Below, piece after piece: positions 32,430 to 41,562 of a stretch of DNA of 64,000 nt. Each line of letters starts with the position of its first letter. Position 1 is the stretch's first letter. This DNA comes from a bacterium. GTDB taxonomy: Bacteria > SAR324 > NAC60-12. The notes beneath the pieces are model-generated. The model had not been told where the DNA came from. It saw only the letters and a program-made list of their open reading frames with translations, and did not search any database. The stretch is from assembly GCA_965209155.1 (NCBI GenBank), contig OZ242383.1, positions 3,104,001 to 3,168,000 of the forward strand, written 5' to 3'. The position numbers and the translations under genes were made by a program.

Positions 32430-32559
32430 AGTTATCTCTTGTTTATACCAGGTAAGAAATACCTGTTAATTCTTCAGAAACCTTCTACAATTTTTGCGCC
32501 GTAGTTTCGTCATGAGATTTTTTTCCATACTGATATTAGCTATCCGGCCCTCCTGTTCA

Positions 32560-32650
32560 CATGGTCCCATATTGCCCTCTCCGTCCCGTAGTCTGGGATC
32601 GCGCAGGGCATCTCCGAAGATGTTGAAACAGAAAAACACCACTGTCCGAT
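32560..32650 (-). pseudogene. Tiny 3' remnant of an OppC-like permease
   Basis: VVFFCFNIFGDALRDPRLR matches OppC C-termini. Confidence 0.55.
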
Positions 32651-33678
32651 CAGTTCGCACTCATGGTGGATTGGCCTGAGTGTCGGTTCCCAAGGGCAGC
32701 GAACATCTCCCTGGGTCCCTCGAAAGCACCTCGGCCATGGGCGACCAGCATGTTATCCAGAATAATGACCTCGCCTTGCTTAAGTGCGAAATGAGTTTCC
32801 ATTTCCAGTAGCAGATCGTAATAGCTCTCCACGTCAGTGTCGGGTATCGAGTTTCCGTTTTCTAGAAACATCTGGTCGATGATGTCAGGGGCTTCGGCGC
32901 GAACCTTATCCAGCTTCTCGACATCCGCCAGGCGCCCGTTGCGAATGGCACAGCGATGGGAGATCACCGGATGGATAAGCATTGCTTGGTTACACCAGAG
33001 TTCTCCGTGTATAAGATGGGGCCGGAAGAACCGCGCGGGCTCATGCAAGATCACGAGGGAATCATCATCCTTCCAGGTCAGTTCCCATCCGTGCTCCTGA
33101 GCAATAAGGGTAGCTTCCTGGTGGTTGCCGGTACCGAGTGCCTCCTGCCAGGATTTTTCTCCTTGAGAAAAATCCTCCCGCTCTGCACTCGGCAACGTGC
33201 GCTGCAAACGAGCCCGCTTGCCCCGGTATCGCGCCTTTAGTTCATTGGGAAGATTGGCGGTGAACTGACGCATATCGACGAATAAATTGGTCTTCTGCCC
33301 GTTGTTCGGAGGTAACTGGCAATAAAAGGATACGTAGTCCGGTATTGTGTCCAGGTAGGACATCTCCTGATGACTGTGAATTGTTATCGGCGGAGGCAGA
33401 TCGACTGCGGTGTAAACGCCACTTCCCTTCTCAGTCCTTGGATTCGTACCACCAACGTAAGAATGATGACTAAATTCGATAGAGGCAAGGAATTTTCCAT
33501 ACTGCTTTGTGTCCTTGATGCCGGTATTCCTGATCAGCAGTCCACCCTTGGTGTCAACTAAGTGGTAGATCTGTGCTTTGAGCTCGCGCCGTGCTGGCGT
33601 ATCTGTGGATCCAGTCAGGTCTAGCTGGATGCACGGTAGGGTCAATCCTTTGCCAAGGTCTATTGTTTCATATTTCAT
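32650..33678 (-). CDS. TauD/TfdA family Fe(II)/2OG dioxygenase
   Basis: HQEMSY (HxE), FYCQLPP, DNMLVAHGR. Confidence 0.88.
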   Translation of the reverse strand: MKYETIDLGKGLTLPCIQLDLTGSTDTPARRELKAQIYHLVDTKGGLLIRNTGIKDTKQYGKFLASIEFSHHSYVGGTNPRTEKGSGVYTAVDLPPPITIHSHQEMSYLDTIPDYVSFYCQLPPNNGQKTNLFVDMRQFTANLPNELKARYRGKRARLQRTLPSAEREDFSQGEKSWQEALGTGNHQEATLIAQEHGWELTWKDDDSLVILHEPARFFRPHLIHGELWCNQAMLIHPVISHRCAIRNGRLADVEKLDKVRAEAPDIIDQMFLENGNSIPDTDVESYYDLLLEMETHFALKQGEVIILDNMLVAHGRGAFEGPREMFAALGNRHSGQSTMSAN

Positions 33679-33703
33679 CTTGAATTAATCCTCGTGGTTG
33701 GTT

Positions 33704-34156
33704 TTATTTTTTATAGTTCGCTTTGAACGCTTCGTTTTCTTCCCATACCTGATCCGCAATTGGGGAATTATGTCTGATATACATAATCTTTTTCACAGGT
33801 TTTATTACATTCCACACCGTTTTAGAACCCTTTTCAAAATGAAATTGATCACCCGGATTTATTCGTATGGTTTGTCCTGAATGATCGCTGTTCCTGTCAA
33901 CTTCTGTGACTTCCAATTCGCCCTCGAGTAGAAAACACATTTCATCCCATGGCCACTCGACCAGCCAACTTCCCTCAGTACACGTCCAAACACCAGTCTG
34001 ACATGATCCATCTTCAGATCTCCATAATATTTTTATTGATGATTTCGGAGATCCTTCCAGTATATTGGCAACAGGATCGAGAGGATCAAGCACAGCGGTA
34101 TTCGAATTGATTAATTTTACGCCCGAAAGGACGTCTTCAGGTAGTTCTTTACTCAT
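33704..34156 (-). CDS. Cupin domain protein (DUF861/EutQ-like)
   Basis: TGVWTCTEG..W.WDEMCFLLEG..PGD..F.KG..W.V..PVKK. Confidence 0.85.
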   Translation of the reverse strand: MSKELPEDVLSGVKLINSNTAVLDPLDPVANILEGSPKSSIKILWRSEDGSCQTGVWTCTEGSWLVEWPWDEMCFLLEGELEVTEVDRNSDHSGQTIRINPGDQFHFEKGSKTVWNVIKPVKKIMYIRHNSPIADQVWEENEAFKANYKK

Positions 34157-34323
34157 TTATTTTCTCCTTTGTTCGTGTGTAGCACATTTAATGCGCAGTT
34201 ATGCAGACACAGATCACAACGACCTGCATCGGCCAGATTGGAGTTGTCAAATAAACCCCGATACTATCTTTTCTATACTGGAACCCGGGGATCTCCTCCC
34301 GGGTCTTCAAAGCCATGCAGATC

Positions 34324-35358
34324 CTAGCTGCCGAGGTCGGTGATGACGGCGCGGCCCAGATACTTGCCTTCTTCGAGCTCGTCCAAGATGGCGTTGAGAT
34401 CCGAGAGCGGACCGCTGCGGCCGATGTGGCTCTTGACCTCTCCGGCCGCCACCATGTCGACGAGTTCGCGCATCTCCTGCACGTTGCCGACGACCGAGGC
34501 GGTCAGGGTCGCGCCTTTCTGGTTCCACAAGAAGGGGTCCAGTCCGAAGTGGCCTTCGCTCGTGGGGGGAAGGCCACACGCCACGAACAGGCCGCTTTTG
34601 CGCAGCATCTGTAAGCCGAGATTGAACCCGGCTATGGAGGCCGAGAACACGATCGCGGCGTCCACCCCACCGAACTGCTGCACGGCTTCGACGGCGTCGT
34701 CCGCACTGACCGCCAGCTTGGCGCCGAGCGACTCGACGAACTTCAGCCGCTCCTCGCCGATGTCGATGCCCACCACCTTGTAGCCGAAGGTCGTCGCGAT
34801 CTGGACGGCGTAGTGGCCGAGGCCCCCGGCGGCACCCACGATCGCCACGTGGCGTCCCGGCTGGATGTGGTGCTTGAAGAGTTTCTTGACGGCGCCATAC
34901 GCCGTGAGGCCGCCACAGGAGAGCCCTGCTTCTTCATCGCCCACCGTGTCCGGCAGTTTTACGAGCGCCTTAGCCCACAGGCACTTCTGCTCGACGAAGG
35001 TGCCATTGATGCCCTCTGCCTGGGAGCAGTGGCGCGGTTCACCGCCCAGGCAGAACTCGCAGGCGCCGCACCAGTAACCGCCTAAGCCACCGAGCCCCAG
35101 GATGACCCGGTCGCCCACGGAGACGAAGCGCTCGGCCCCTGGCCCGAGTTCTTCGACGATGCCAATGGCCTCGTGCCCCAACACACCTGACAGCCATTGA
35201 GATGGCATCCCCGCCCAGTCGCCTCGCACGCCGTGCAGGTCGGAATGGCAGACGCCTGCCGCGGTGATGCGGATGCGCGCCTCTTCGTCCCCCGGGGGGG
35301 TCGGGGCGGGAAGATCCTGAATCTCAATTTTTCCGTCTTTAAGTATCGCTGCTTTCAT
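34324..35358 (-). CDS. Zinc-binding alcohol dehydrogenase
   Basis: GVCHSD, GHE, CGACEFC..C, GAAGGLG; visibly higher GC than neighbours. Confidence 0.93.
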   Translation of the reverse strand: MKAAILKDGKIEIQDLPAPTPPGDEEARIRITAAGVCHSDLHGVRGDWAGMPSQWLSGVLGHEAIGIVEELGPGAERFVSVGDRVILGLGGLGGYWCGACEFCLGGEPRHCSQAEGINGTFVEQKCLWAKALVKLPDTVGDEEAGLSCGGLTAYGAVKKLFKHHIQPGRHVAIVGAAGGLGHYAVQIATTFGYKVVGIDIGEERLKFVESLGAKLAVSADDAVEAVQQFGGVDAAIVFSASIAGFNLGLQMLRKSGLFVACGLPPTSEGHFGLDPFLWNQKGATLTASVVGNVQEMRELVDMVAAGEVKSHIGRSGPLSDLNAILDELEEGKYLGRAVITDLGS

Positions 35359-35655
35359 GGGATCTCCTTATTAGTGTGGTAAGAACGATTCACCCGTCCT
35401 GGGGCGAATCGGAGTTTCGCATCAGACACGACGCCTGCCACGGTCAACCTCACAAAAAGGCTGCAAAGCTTTTTAAAAAACATCACTCACTCCTTATTAA
35501 TTTTTATAACCTGTTTGAAAAAGGGACTCAGATGAAGCCTAGGCGGCCCCCTTGATTAAAAGGATTTTAATTAATATAACATAGCCACTAACAATACCTC
35601 CAACTAGTCCTGCTGCCAGTCAGGGTCGGTACGATGTCCCCTCTTTGCATTCTCG

Positions 35656-36948
35656 CTAGTGAATGATTCTTTTAGGAGGTGTCTGTTCAAGCGGGTCTTT
35701 GCTTTTCCAAGGCTTCTCGGGGGGATAACGTCTTTCAGGCTGGTTCATGGCGGCCCGGCGACCGGTCGTGGTGGAACGCCAGGTATAGGCTCTGGTGAGT
35801 TCTTCCTTGCTGGAGCGGGGGCTGAGTTCTCCCACCCGCACATAGTTGCCCTCATCAATGGCCTGCCGCATGCCACGAAGGAGGCCGGCTTCCATCCCGT
35901 GACCTTCAATCCCTCCGATCGATTCAGTCATAAAAGTCAGACGTTTCAGTAATTTTTCAGAAGCATTCGCCAGGACCTCAGGGCATAAGCTGATCGGATG
36001 AAGTTCCTGGGTTCGCTGCCATGGTTTTATACAGGACATGACCACCATGTGGCGTGGGTGATCGGTTTGGTTGATCCCTGTTCCATGCAGGGTGTACCCA
36101 TCCATCAACATAAGGGTCCCTGCCTTGACTTCCAAATTGATGGGCGGAGGCAGTTTGCCCACTGGTTTTTGATAGCCGCTTTCATAGATGATCTTCGCGC
36201 TTCGAGGGATAACCAGGGTCGAACCATTCAAGTAGCTGACATCTTCCAAATACAATAAATGGTTGGTCAGCAGGGGGGCTTCATTGAGTTTGAAACGGCT
36301 GTCTTGATGCAGAGATTGGGGCCGCCCCCCTTTGCGGGCGATGATGCACAAACACGAGTGGATGATAAAGTCCTCCCCGACCGTCTCATGGACCAGTTGT
36401 TCAATCAAAGGGCCGGCTTGTATAAATTCAGGGTCGTGTTCAATGAAACCTCGAAAGCAGTCACCTTTGTTCACCAGGCAATCCACAAACTGGGTAATAT
36501 CTTTATCCCATACTTGGTCCCGGCTGGCATTCAGGAAGTGAGCAATCCCGGCAAGGCGTTCTCCTTCGGCCTGTTCCACCACGCGGGTGCGCATTGTATG
36601 CAGCTGTTCTTGACTCAAGGCATCCTGGACCAGACAATAGCCGAATTCGCGGAAGTCATTTCGCAGTTGTGTGATCTTCTTGGTCGGAGAAGGGAGGGGG
36701 CCATTTTTTTCCCAATACGCTTTAGCGCTTCCCTGGGTGTTGTAGTAAAGCGAGTCGTCATTCAAGTCCACCCCATTTTCTCCACCTGAGGGACTTGGAG
36801 TGAAAACCAAACCTTGCTTTTCTAAGCTTTTTTGGAACTCGTTTGCCTTGAGAAGATGGGTGAAGAGCTGCTCGCTTTCCGGGCTATTGGCCTGTACGTT
36901 TTCTGGCAAAAACTCAGGAGGGATGGATTGGTTTTTATTTGGTTTCAT
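35656..36948 (-). CDS. PhyH family Fe(II)/2OG dioxygenase
   Basis: FGYCLV.DAL, SLHQD (HxD), NGSTLVIP.S, AGT..LHGTG; start 36948 chosen to avoid overlap. Confidence 0.82.
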   Translation of the reverse strand: MKPNKNQSIPPEFLPENVQANSPESEQLFTHLLKANEFQKSLEKQGLVFTPSPSGGENGVDLNDDSLYYNTQGSAKAYWEKNGPLPSPTKKITQLRNDFREFGYCLVQDALSQEQLHTMRTRVVEQAEGERLAGIAHFLNASRDQVWDKDITQFVDCLVNKGDCFRGFIEHDPEFIQAGPLIEQLVHETVGEDFIIHSCLCIIARKGGRPQSLHQDSRFKLNEAPLLTNHLLYLEDVSYLNGSTLVIPRSAKIIYESGYQKPVGKLPPPINLEVKAGTLMLMDGYTLHGTGINQTDHPRHMVVMSCIKPWQRTQELHPISLCPEVLANASEKLLKRLTFMTESIGGIEGHGMEAGLLRGMRQAIDEGNYVRVGELSPRSSKEELTRAYTWRSTTTGRRAAMNQPERRYPPEKPWKSKDPLEQTPPKRIIH

Positions 36949-37027
36949 AATCGATTTCCTTTCTTTATTTATTGCGTTTCTAATGAGTCGGTCTCTTTTT
37001 TCGGAGAAGCCATGGGAGGCAAGCGGA

Positions 37028-37885
37028 TTATTCTTTGGTAGCACCCAAGGTCAACCCTGCAATGAAATGTTTCTGCATGAGAAAGAACATGATCACTGGA
37101 GGCAATGCAGCGACAATCGAGCCTGCAGAAATGAGATTCCAAGAAGTGGTCCATTGCCCTCGAAGGGCATTCAACCCTGCCGTGACCGGGCGCACTGAAT
37201 CACTTTGCACCAAGACTAAGGCCCAAAAATAATCATTCCAAATAAAAGTGAATTCTAATACCGCCAAAGCAGCCATGGCAGGGCGAACCAGGGGAACGAT
37301 GATTTGTAAAAATATCCGAAATTCACTGGCTCCATCAATCCGAGCCGACTCCATCAAACTGTCAGGAAGGGTTTTGATAAAATTTCTCAAAAACAACGTA
37401 CAAAATCCTGTTTGAAAGGCAATGTGAAAAATCACCAACCCTGTCAAGGTATTGAAAAGCCCGGTTTGAATGGTCAATTCTCGCACAGGAATCATTAAGA
37501 TTTGGAAAGGAACAAAATTGCCTCCAATAAAAATGGAGAACATCGCAATGTTTCCCCGGAATCGGTATTTCGCCAAGGCGAATCCTGCGAGAGAGGAAGT
37601 GATCAAGACTCCAATGACGGTGGGAATGGTGATCAATACGGTGTTCCACAGATAGCTCCACATGGGGCTAGTCGTGAATACAGCACTGAAATTCTCCAAA
37701 AGCATGATCTCTGTCGGCCATCCCCAATAATTGCCTTTTAGAATGTCATCTAAATGACGAGCCGAGGTCAAAGTCACGGCAAAAATGGGAACCAGCCAAA
37801 GGATCAAGACCACCGGTACTGCAATTTTATAGGTCGATTGTGTGAGAGGGGATGTTTTTTCAATGGGTGTAGGAAACATAATCAA
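37028..37885 (-). CDS. Carbohydrate ABC permease (MalG-like)
   Basis: ESARIDGAS, WNDYFW, QKHFIAGLTLGA. Confidence 0.94.
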   Translation of the reverse strand: MIMFPTPIEKTSPLTQSTYKIAVPVVLILWLVPIFAVTLTSARHLDDILKGNYWGWPTEIMLLENFSAVFTTSPMWSYLWNTVLITIPTVIGVLITSSLAGFALAKYRFRGNIAMFSIFIGGNFVPFQILMIPVRELTIQTGLFNTLTGLVIFHIAFQTGFCTLFLRNFIKTLPDSLMESARIDGASEFRIFLQIIVPLVRPAMAALAVLEFTFIWNDYFWALVLVQSDSVRPVTAGLNALRGQWTTSWNLISAGSIVAALPPVIMFFLMQKHFIAGLTLGATKE

Positions 37886-38748
37886 GCCCTTTCTTCACGA
37901 ACCATTCTAGAGAGAAACCAGGCAATATACACAGCCATGATCAAAAACAAGATAACCGCAATGGCTGCTCCATACCCCATTCTGAAATTGAAAATCGCTT
38001 GTTCGTACATAAAAAAGGCCAAGACGCTGGAACTGTTATAGGGCCCTCCTAACGTCATAATGGCGACTGTATCAAAACTTCGTAAAGCACCAATGACCGT
38101 CACAACAATCGCAATAAAGGTGGCTGGGCGGAGTTGAGGAATGATGATATACCAAAGCATCGTCCATCCTTTGGCCCCATCAATTTGGGCTGCTTCAATC
38201 AAATCTGGATTGATCACATTGAGCCCTGTCAAGTAAAGGATCATGCAGTAGGCGATTTGGGGCCACATCCCTGCTGTAATGACAGCATAAGTGGCTTGGT
38301 CCTCGTTAGAGAGAGGGGCGATAGGATCGATCCCAAAGAGAGACAAAAATTCATTGAGAAGACCTCCATCAGGGGCGTAAAACCAGGAAAACATCAAACC
38401 CACCACCACTTGGGAAATGACAAAAGGAAAAAAGAATAGTGATTTGACCGCTCGAATTCCTCTGATTTTCTGGTTTAAAAAAAGGGCAATCGCCAGCCCA
38501 ATGGCAGGAGAAGTGAGGAAGAGTAAAAGCCAAATGATGTTATTTTTGACAGAGACCCAAAACACTTCATCATCAAACAATTCGATATAGTTCCCCCACC
38601 CAACGAATATTGGTTCCGCCATGCCATCCCACTCGTAGAAACTGACCCAAAAACTACGAACGATAGGATAGAGGACATAGATGGAAAAAAGGATGAGTCC
38701 CGGAAGCAAAAAGAGCCATGGGGTAAGCGGTTTTTCATTAGACATCAT
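37882..38748 (-). CDS. Carbohydrate ABC permease (MalF-like), paralog of 270..1136
   Basis: Nearly identical protein. Confidence 0.94.
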   Translation of the reverse strand: MMSNEKPLTPWLFLLPGLILFSIYVLYPIVRSFWVSFYEWDGMAEPIFVGWGNYIELFDDEVFWVSVKNNIIWLLLFLTSPAIGLAIALFLNQKIRGIRAVKSLFFFPFVISQVVVGLMFSWFYAPDGGLLNEFLSLFGIDPIAPLSNEDQATYAVITAGMWPQIAYCMILYLTGLNVINPDLIEAAQIDGAKGWTMLWYIIIPQLRPATFIAIVVTVIGALRSFDTVAIMTLGGPYNSSSVLAFFMYEQAIFNFRMGYGAAIAVILFLIMAVYIAWFLSRMVREERA

Positions 38749-38830
38749 TTACCCCTAAGAATGCTATATCTTGAAGGGTGGCAGATGGATCTTCCGTATT
38801 TTCAAAAAAATCCATCTACCTATGAAGAGA

Positions 38831-40081
38831 TCACTTCTTGAAGACACGTTTCCTTGTTTTATCAATTCTTGTCAGAATCTTATCCAGGCGATCAGGGTTC
38901 ACCATAAAATCCTGAAAGCCTTTTATCCCATCTGTTGCCATCTCAGGTTTGTTATCTCGATCATAGAATTGGGCAGTACCAGCTGCGGAGGCAAGAACCT
39001 TTGCTCCGATTTCCAAGAAGCGGTCGGGTTTGGGCTTCGCTTTTGTATTGGGAGGGAGGTAGCCTATTGCATTGTTCAACTTAGATTGCACATCTGCTCT
39101 TGCGACAAAGGCCATGAACTTTTTGGCATCTGCTTTATTTTTGGCGCCTTTTGGAATGGCCACGATATCGGTAGGTGCATCTTCGAATTTAGGAAGACTG
39201 CCATTGATGGTGGGGAATTGGAAATAGTCGATCTTGGCCAAATCCTCTGCAGGGATACCCCACGTCACAAAATTTCCAATCAAATACATTGCTGCTTTGC
39301 CTTGAAGAAGAGCAGGTATGGCTTCTTGATAGGAATACGAAGTGTGGTTTTCAATGAAGTATCCTGGATCCAGCAATTCTCTCCATTTGGCAAACACATC
39401 TTTCACTCGTTGATCCGTATAGGAGGCGTTGCCTGCTAACAATTCTCGATGGAAATCCATTCCATTGATCCGAAAGTTCAAGTAATCAAACCAACCTGCC
39501 GCTGTCCAATAATATTTAGTTCCAATCGTAATGGGAGTGATGCCATTGGATTTCAACGTCGCACAGGCTTTCAAAAATTCATCCCAGGTTGTAGGAACCG
39601 CAATGCCATACTTTTCAAAGAGGTCTTTGCGATAATATACTCCCCATTGATTGTATCCCCAGGGCACCGCATACTGTTTGTCATCAAAGGTACTCGAAGC
39701 ACGGGTAGAGGAAAAATCCCCATGCATGTTGTTGGCATCCCACACATCGCTGATATCTTCGATCAATCCTCGGCTGATGAAGGTATTCAATGTCTCTCCT
39801 GCAAACCAAGTGATCACATCGGGTGGCTCACTCGTTAACCAGTTTCTGAGGGAGGTTTTATAACTTTCATGATCGTAAAAGTTGTGTTCAACTTCCACTT
39901 CGGGATGGGCTTTTTTGAAATCCTCCACCAATTCCGTCCATGCTTTTTTAGGAGCAGGGTCGGGATTGCTGTTATTGATCACCAGTTTGCCCGCAAAAGC
40001 CACCGAGCCCATCGAAAGGACAATCGCTCCCAACACACTAACCAGCATCCATTTTTTTATTTTTTTCCTGATCTTTTTCAT
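38831..40081 (-). CDS. Sugar ABC substrate-binding protein, paralog of 1223..2503
   Basis: Colinear and highly similar, with clustered substitutions. Confidence 0.93.
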   Translation of the reverse strand: MKKIRKKIKKWMLVSVLGAIVLSMGSVAFAGKLVINNSNPDPAPKKAWTELVEDFKKAHPEVEVEHNFYDHESYKTSLRNWLTSEPPDVITWFAGETLNTFISRGLIEDISDVWDANNMHGDFSSTRASSTFDDKQYAVPWGYNQWGVYYRKDLFEKYGIAVPTTWDEFLKACATLKSNGITPITIGTKYYWTAAGWFDYLNFRINGMDFHRELLAGNASYTDQRVKDVFAKWRELLDPGYFIENHTSYSYQEAIPALLQGKAAMYLIGNFVTWGIPAEDLAKIDYFQFPTINGSLPKFEDAPTDIVAIPKGAKNKADAKKFMAFVARADVQSKLNNAIGYLPPNTKAKPKPDRFLEIGAKVLASAAGTAQFYDRDNKPEMATDGIKGFQDFMVNPDRLDKILTRIDKTRKRVFKK

Positions 40082-40338
40082 AATTATCTCCAGTCAAATA
40101 TTATTGAATTAAAAAGGGCTTTCGAAAGGGATTTCGTACCCCTAATATTGCTCCTCTTATTTATGGTAGCATCCATCATTTTTCCTTGCTTATTATTTAG
40201 GTTGAAGGACGCACTCAGACGTCCATGAGTTTCCAAACTGGTTTTATTCCATAGGCATTTCCTCCTTTCATCGGGTTTTCAGTGTAATGTTTCGCTTAAC
40301 CACGTAAATCGTTGCCCCCCTGCCAGGAGTTTTTAGCT

Positions 40339-40558
40339 TCAAAATTCATGCCAACCGCTCGAAACGCAGGATTGGTGGGGGCTAAGGCGACCTATGGGAA
40401 AGAGGGCTGCCAGTTTTGAGGTGATTTTTTGGTAAAATGGGGCAGTATTGCCCTACTCATACACAAAAAATGATGGTTTTTCGGTAGTAATACATTGATA
40501 TTAAATACTAATCCTGGATTGGGGCAGATATGCCCTATTTTAGGGCATATCTGCCCTA
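40339..40558 (-). promoter_or_regulatory. Sigma54 promoter 3 with GGGCA-N4-TGCCC palindromes
   Basis: TGGCATGAATTTTGA (40353..40339); TGGGGCAGTATTGCCCTA 40438, TGGGGCAGATATGCCCTA 40520, TAGGGCATATCTGCCCTA 40541; IHF consensus 40488..40500. Confidence 0.78.
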
Positions 40559-40824
40559 TTCGATTTTATCTGAATGAAATCATGTCCTTTGGGTGGGGTC
40601 AGAGACAATCGGTTTTTGTAGAAACGTGCACGGGTTCGTCATCGTGCTCGTGCACGTGCTCGATGTTGATGGCAGTAGTAAAGTATACCAAAAACGGCAA
40701 TTTGGAAGTTTACCACGTAGTTAAGTGGGCAGAGGAGTAGGTTGAGTATTGAGCGACAAGGTGCAGTGATGTGATGTGGCCTCATACCTTTAAAACAGCG
40801 GATGGAAGGGGCTATATGCCTTTT

Positions 40825-41562
40825 TCATTTTTTTCTTTTATTTCTACGATAGCTTTCTCCTTCTAAAATGATAACCTCCGAATTCATTACCAGTCGATCT
40901 GCAATGGCAGTGGCCACAGTGGTCGAATCAAAGAGATTCCCCCATTGGGCAAAAGGCAGGTTTGTGGTGAGAAAGGTTGATTTTCTCTGATGCCTGCGAC
41001 TAATGACCTGGAAAAAGAGGCTGCTTCCTTGTTGATCCAGTGGCAGATAACCGATCTCATCGCAGAGGAGGAGGTCCGGTTCGGTGTAATGGCTGAGTTT
41101 TTTGACCAGGGAATGGTCCGATTCGGCAGCAATCAAATGGTTAATCATGTCGGTTGCTGTGGTAAATAAAGTGCGCATGGCGTTCTGAGTGGCCTCGTAT
41201 GCCAGGCATAAAGCCAAGTGGGTCTTGCCCACCCCTGGATTGCCAATCAGGATAACATCCTCGCTATTCTTGATAAAGTCCAATTGCATCAATTGTAAAA
41301 TTCTGCCTTTGTTCTTTTTTCGAGAGGGGTGGTGGGCAAAATCAAAGCTCTCGATGGTGGGAGTGGCGGGCAGTTTGGCTTGCTTCAAGCGCAATTGAAT
41401 GCGCTTATGGAGACGATGGTCCAGTTCGAGATCAAACAAGCTCTCGAGCAATTGATGATGAGTCCAGTTTTTTTGCGAGGCAGTTTTAAAAATCGCTTCA
41501 AAATGCTGGCAAAGGCCACTGAGATGGAGGCTCTGACATTGTTTTTTTATTTTTTCACTCAT
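40825..41562 (-). CDS. istB: IS21 helper ATPase IstB
   Basis: GNPGVGKTH, LLLCDEIGY, TTNLPF..W, AIADRL, GESYR. Confidence 0.95.
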   Translation of the reverse strand: MSEKIKKQCQSLHLSGLCQHFEAIFKTASQKNWTHHQLLESLFDLELDHRLHKRIQLRLKQAKLPATPTIESFDFAHHPSRKKNKGRILQLMQLDFIKNSEDVILIGNPGVGKTHLALCLAYEATQNAMRTLFTTATDMINHLIAAESDHSLVKKLSHYTEPDLLLCDEIGYLPLDQQGSSLFFQVISRRHQRKSTFLTTNLPFAQWGNLFDSTTVATAIADRLVMNSEVIILEGESYRRNKRKK

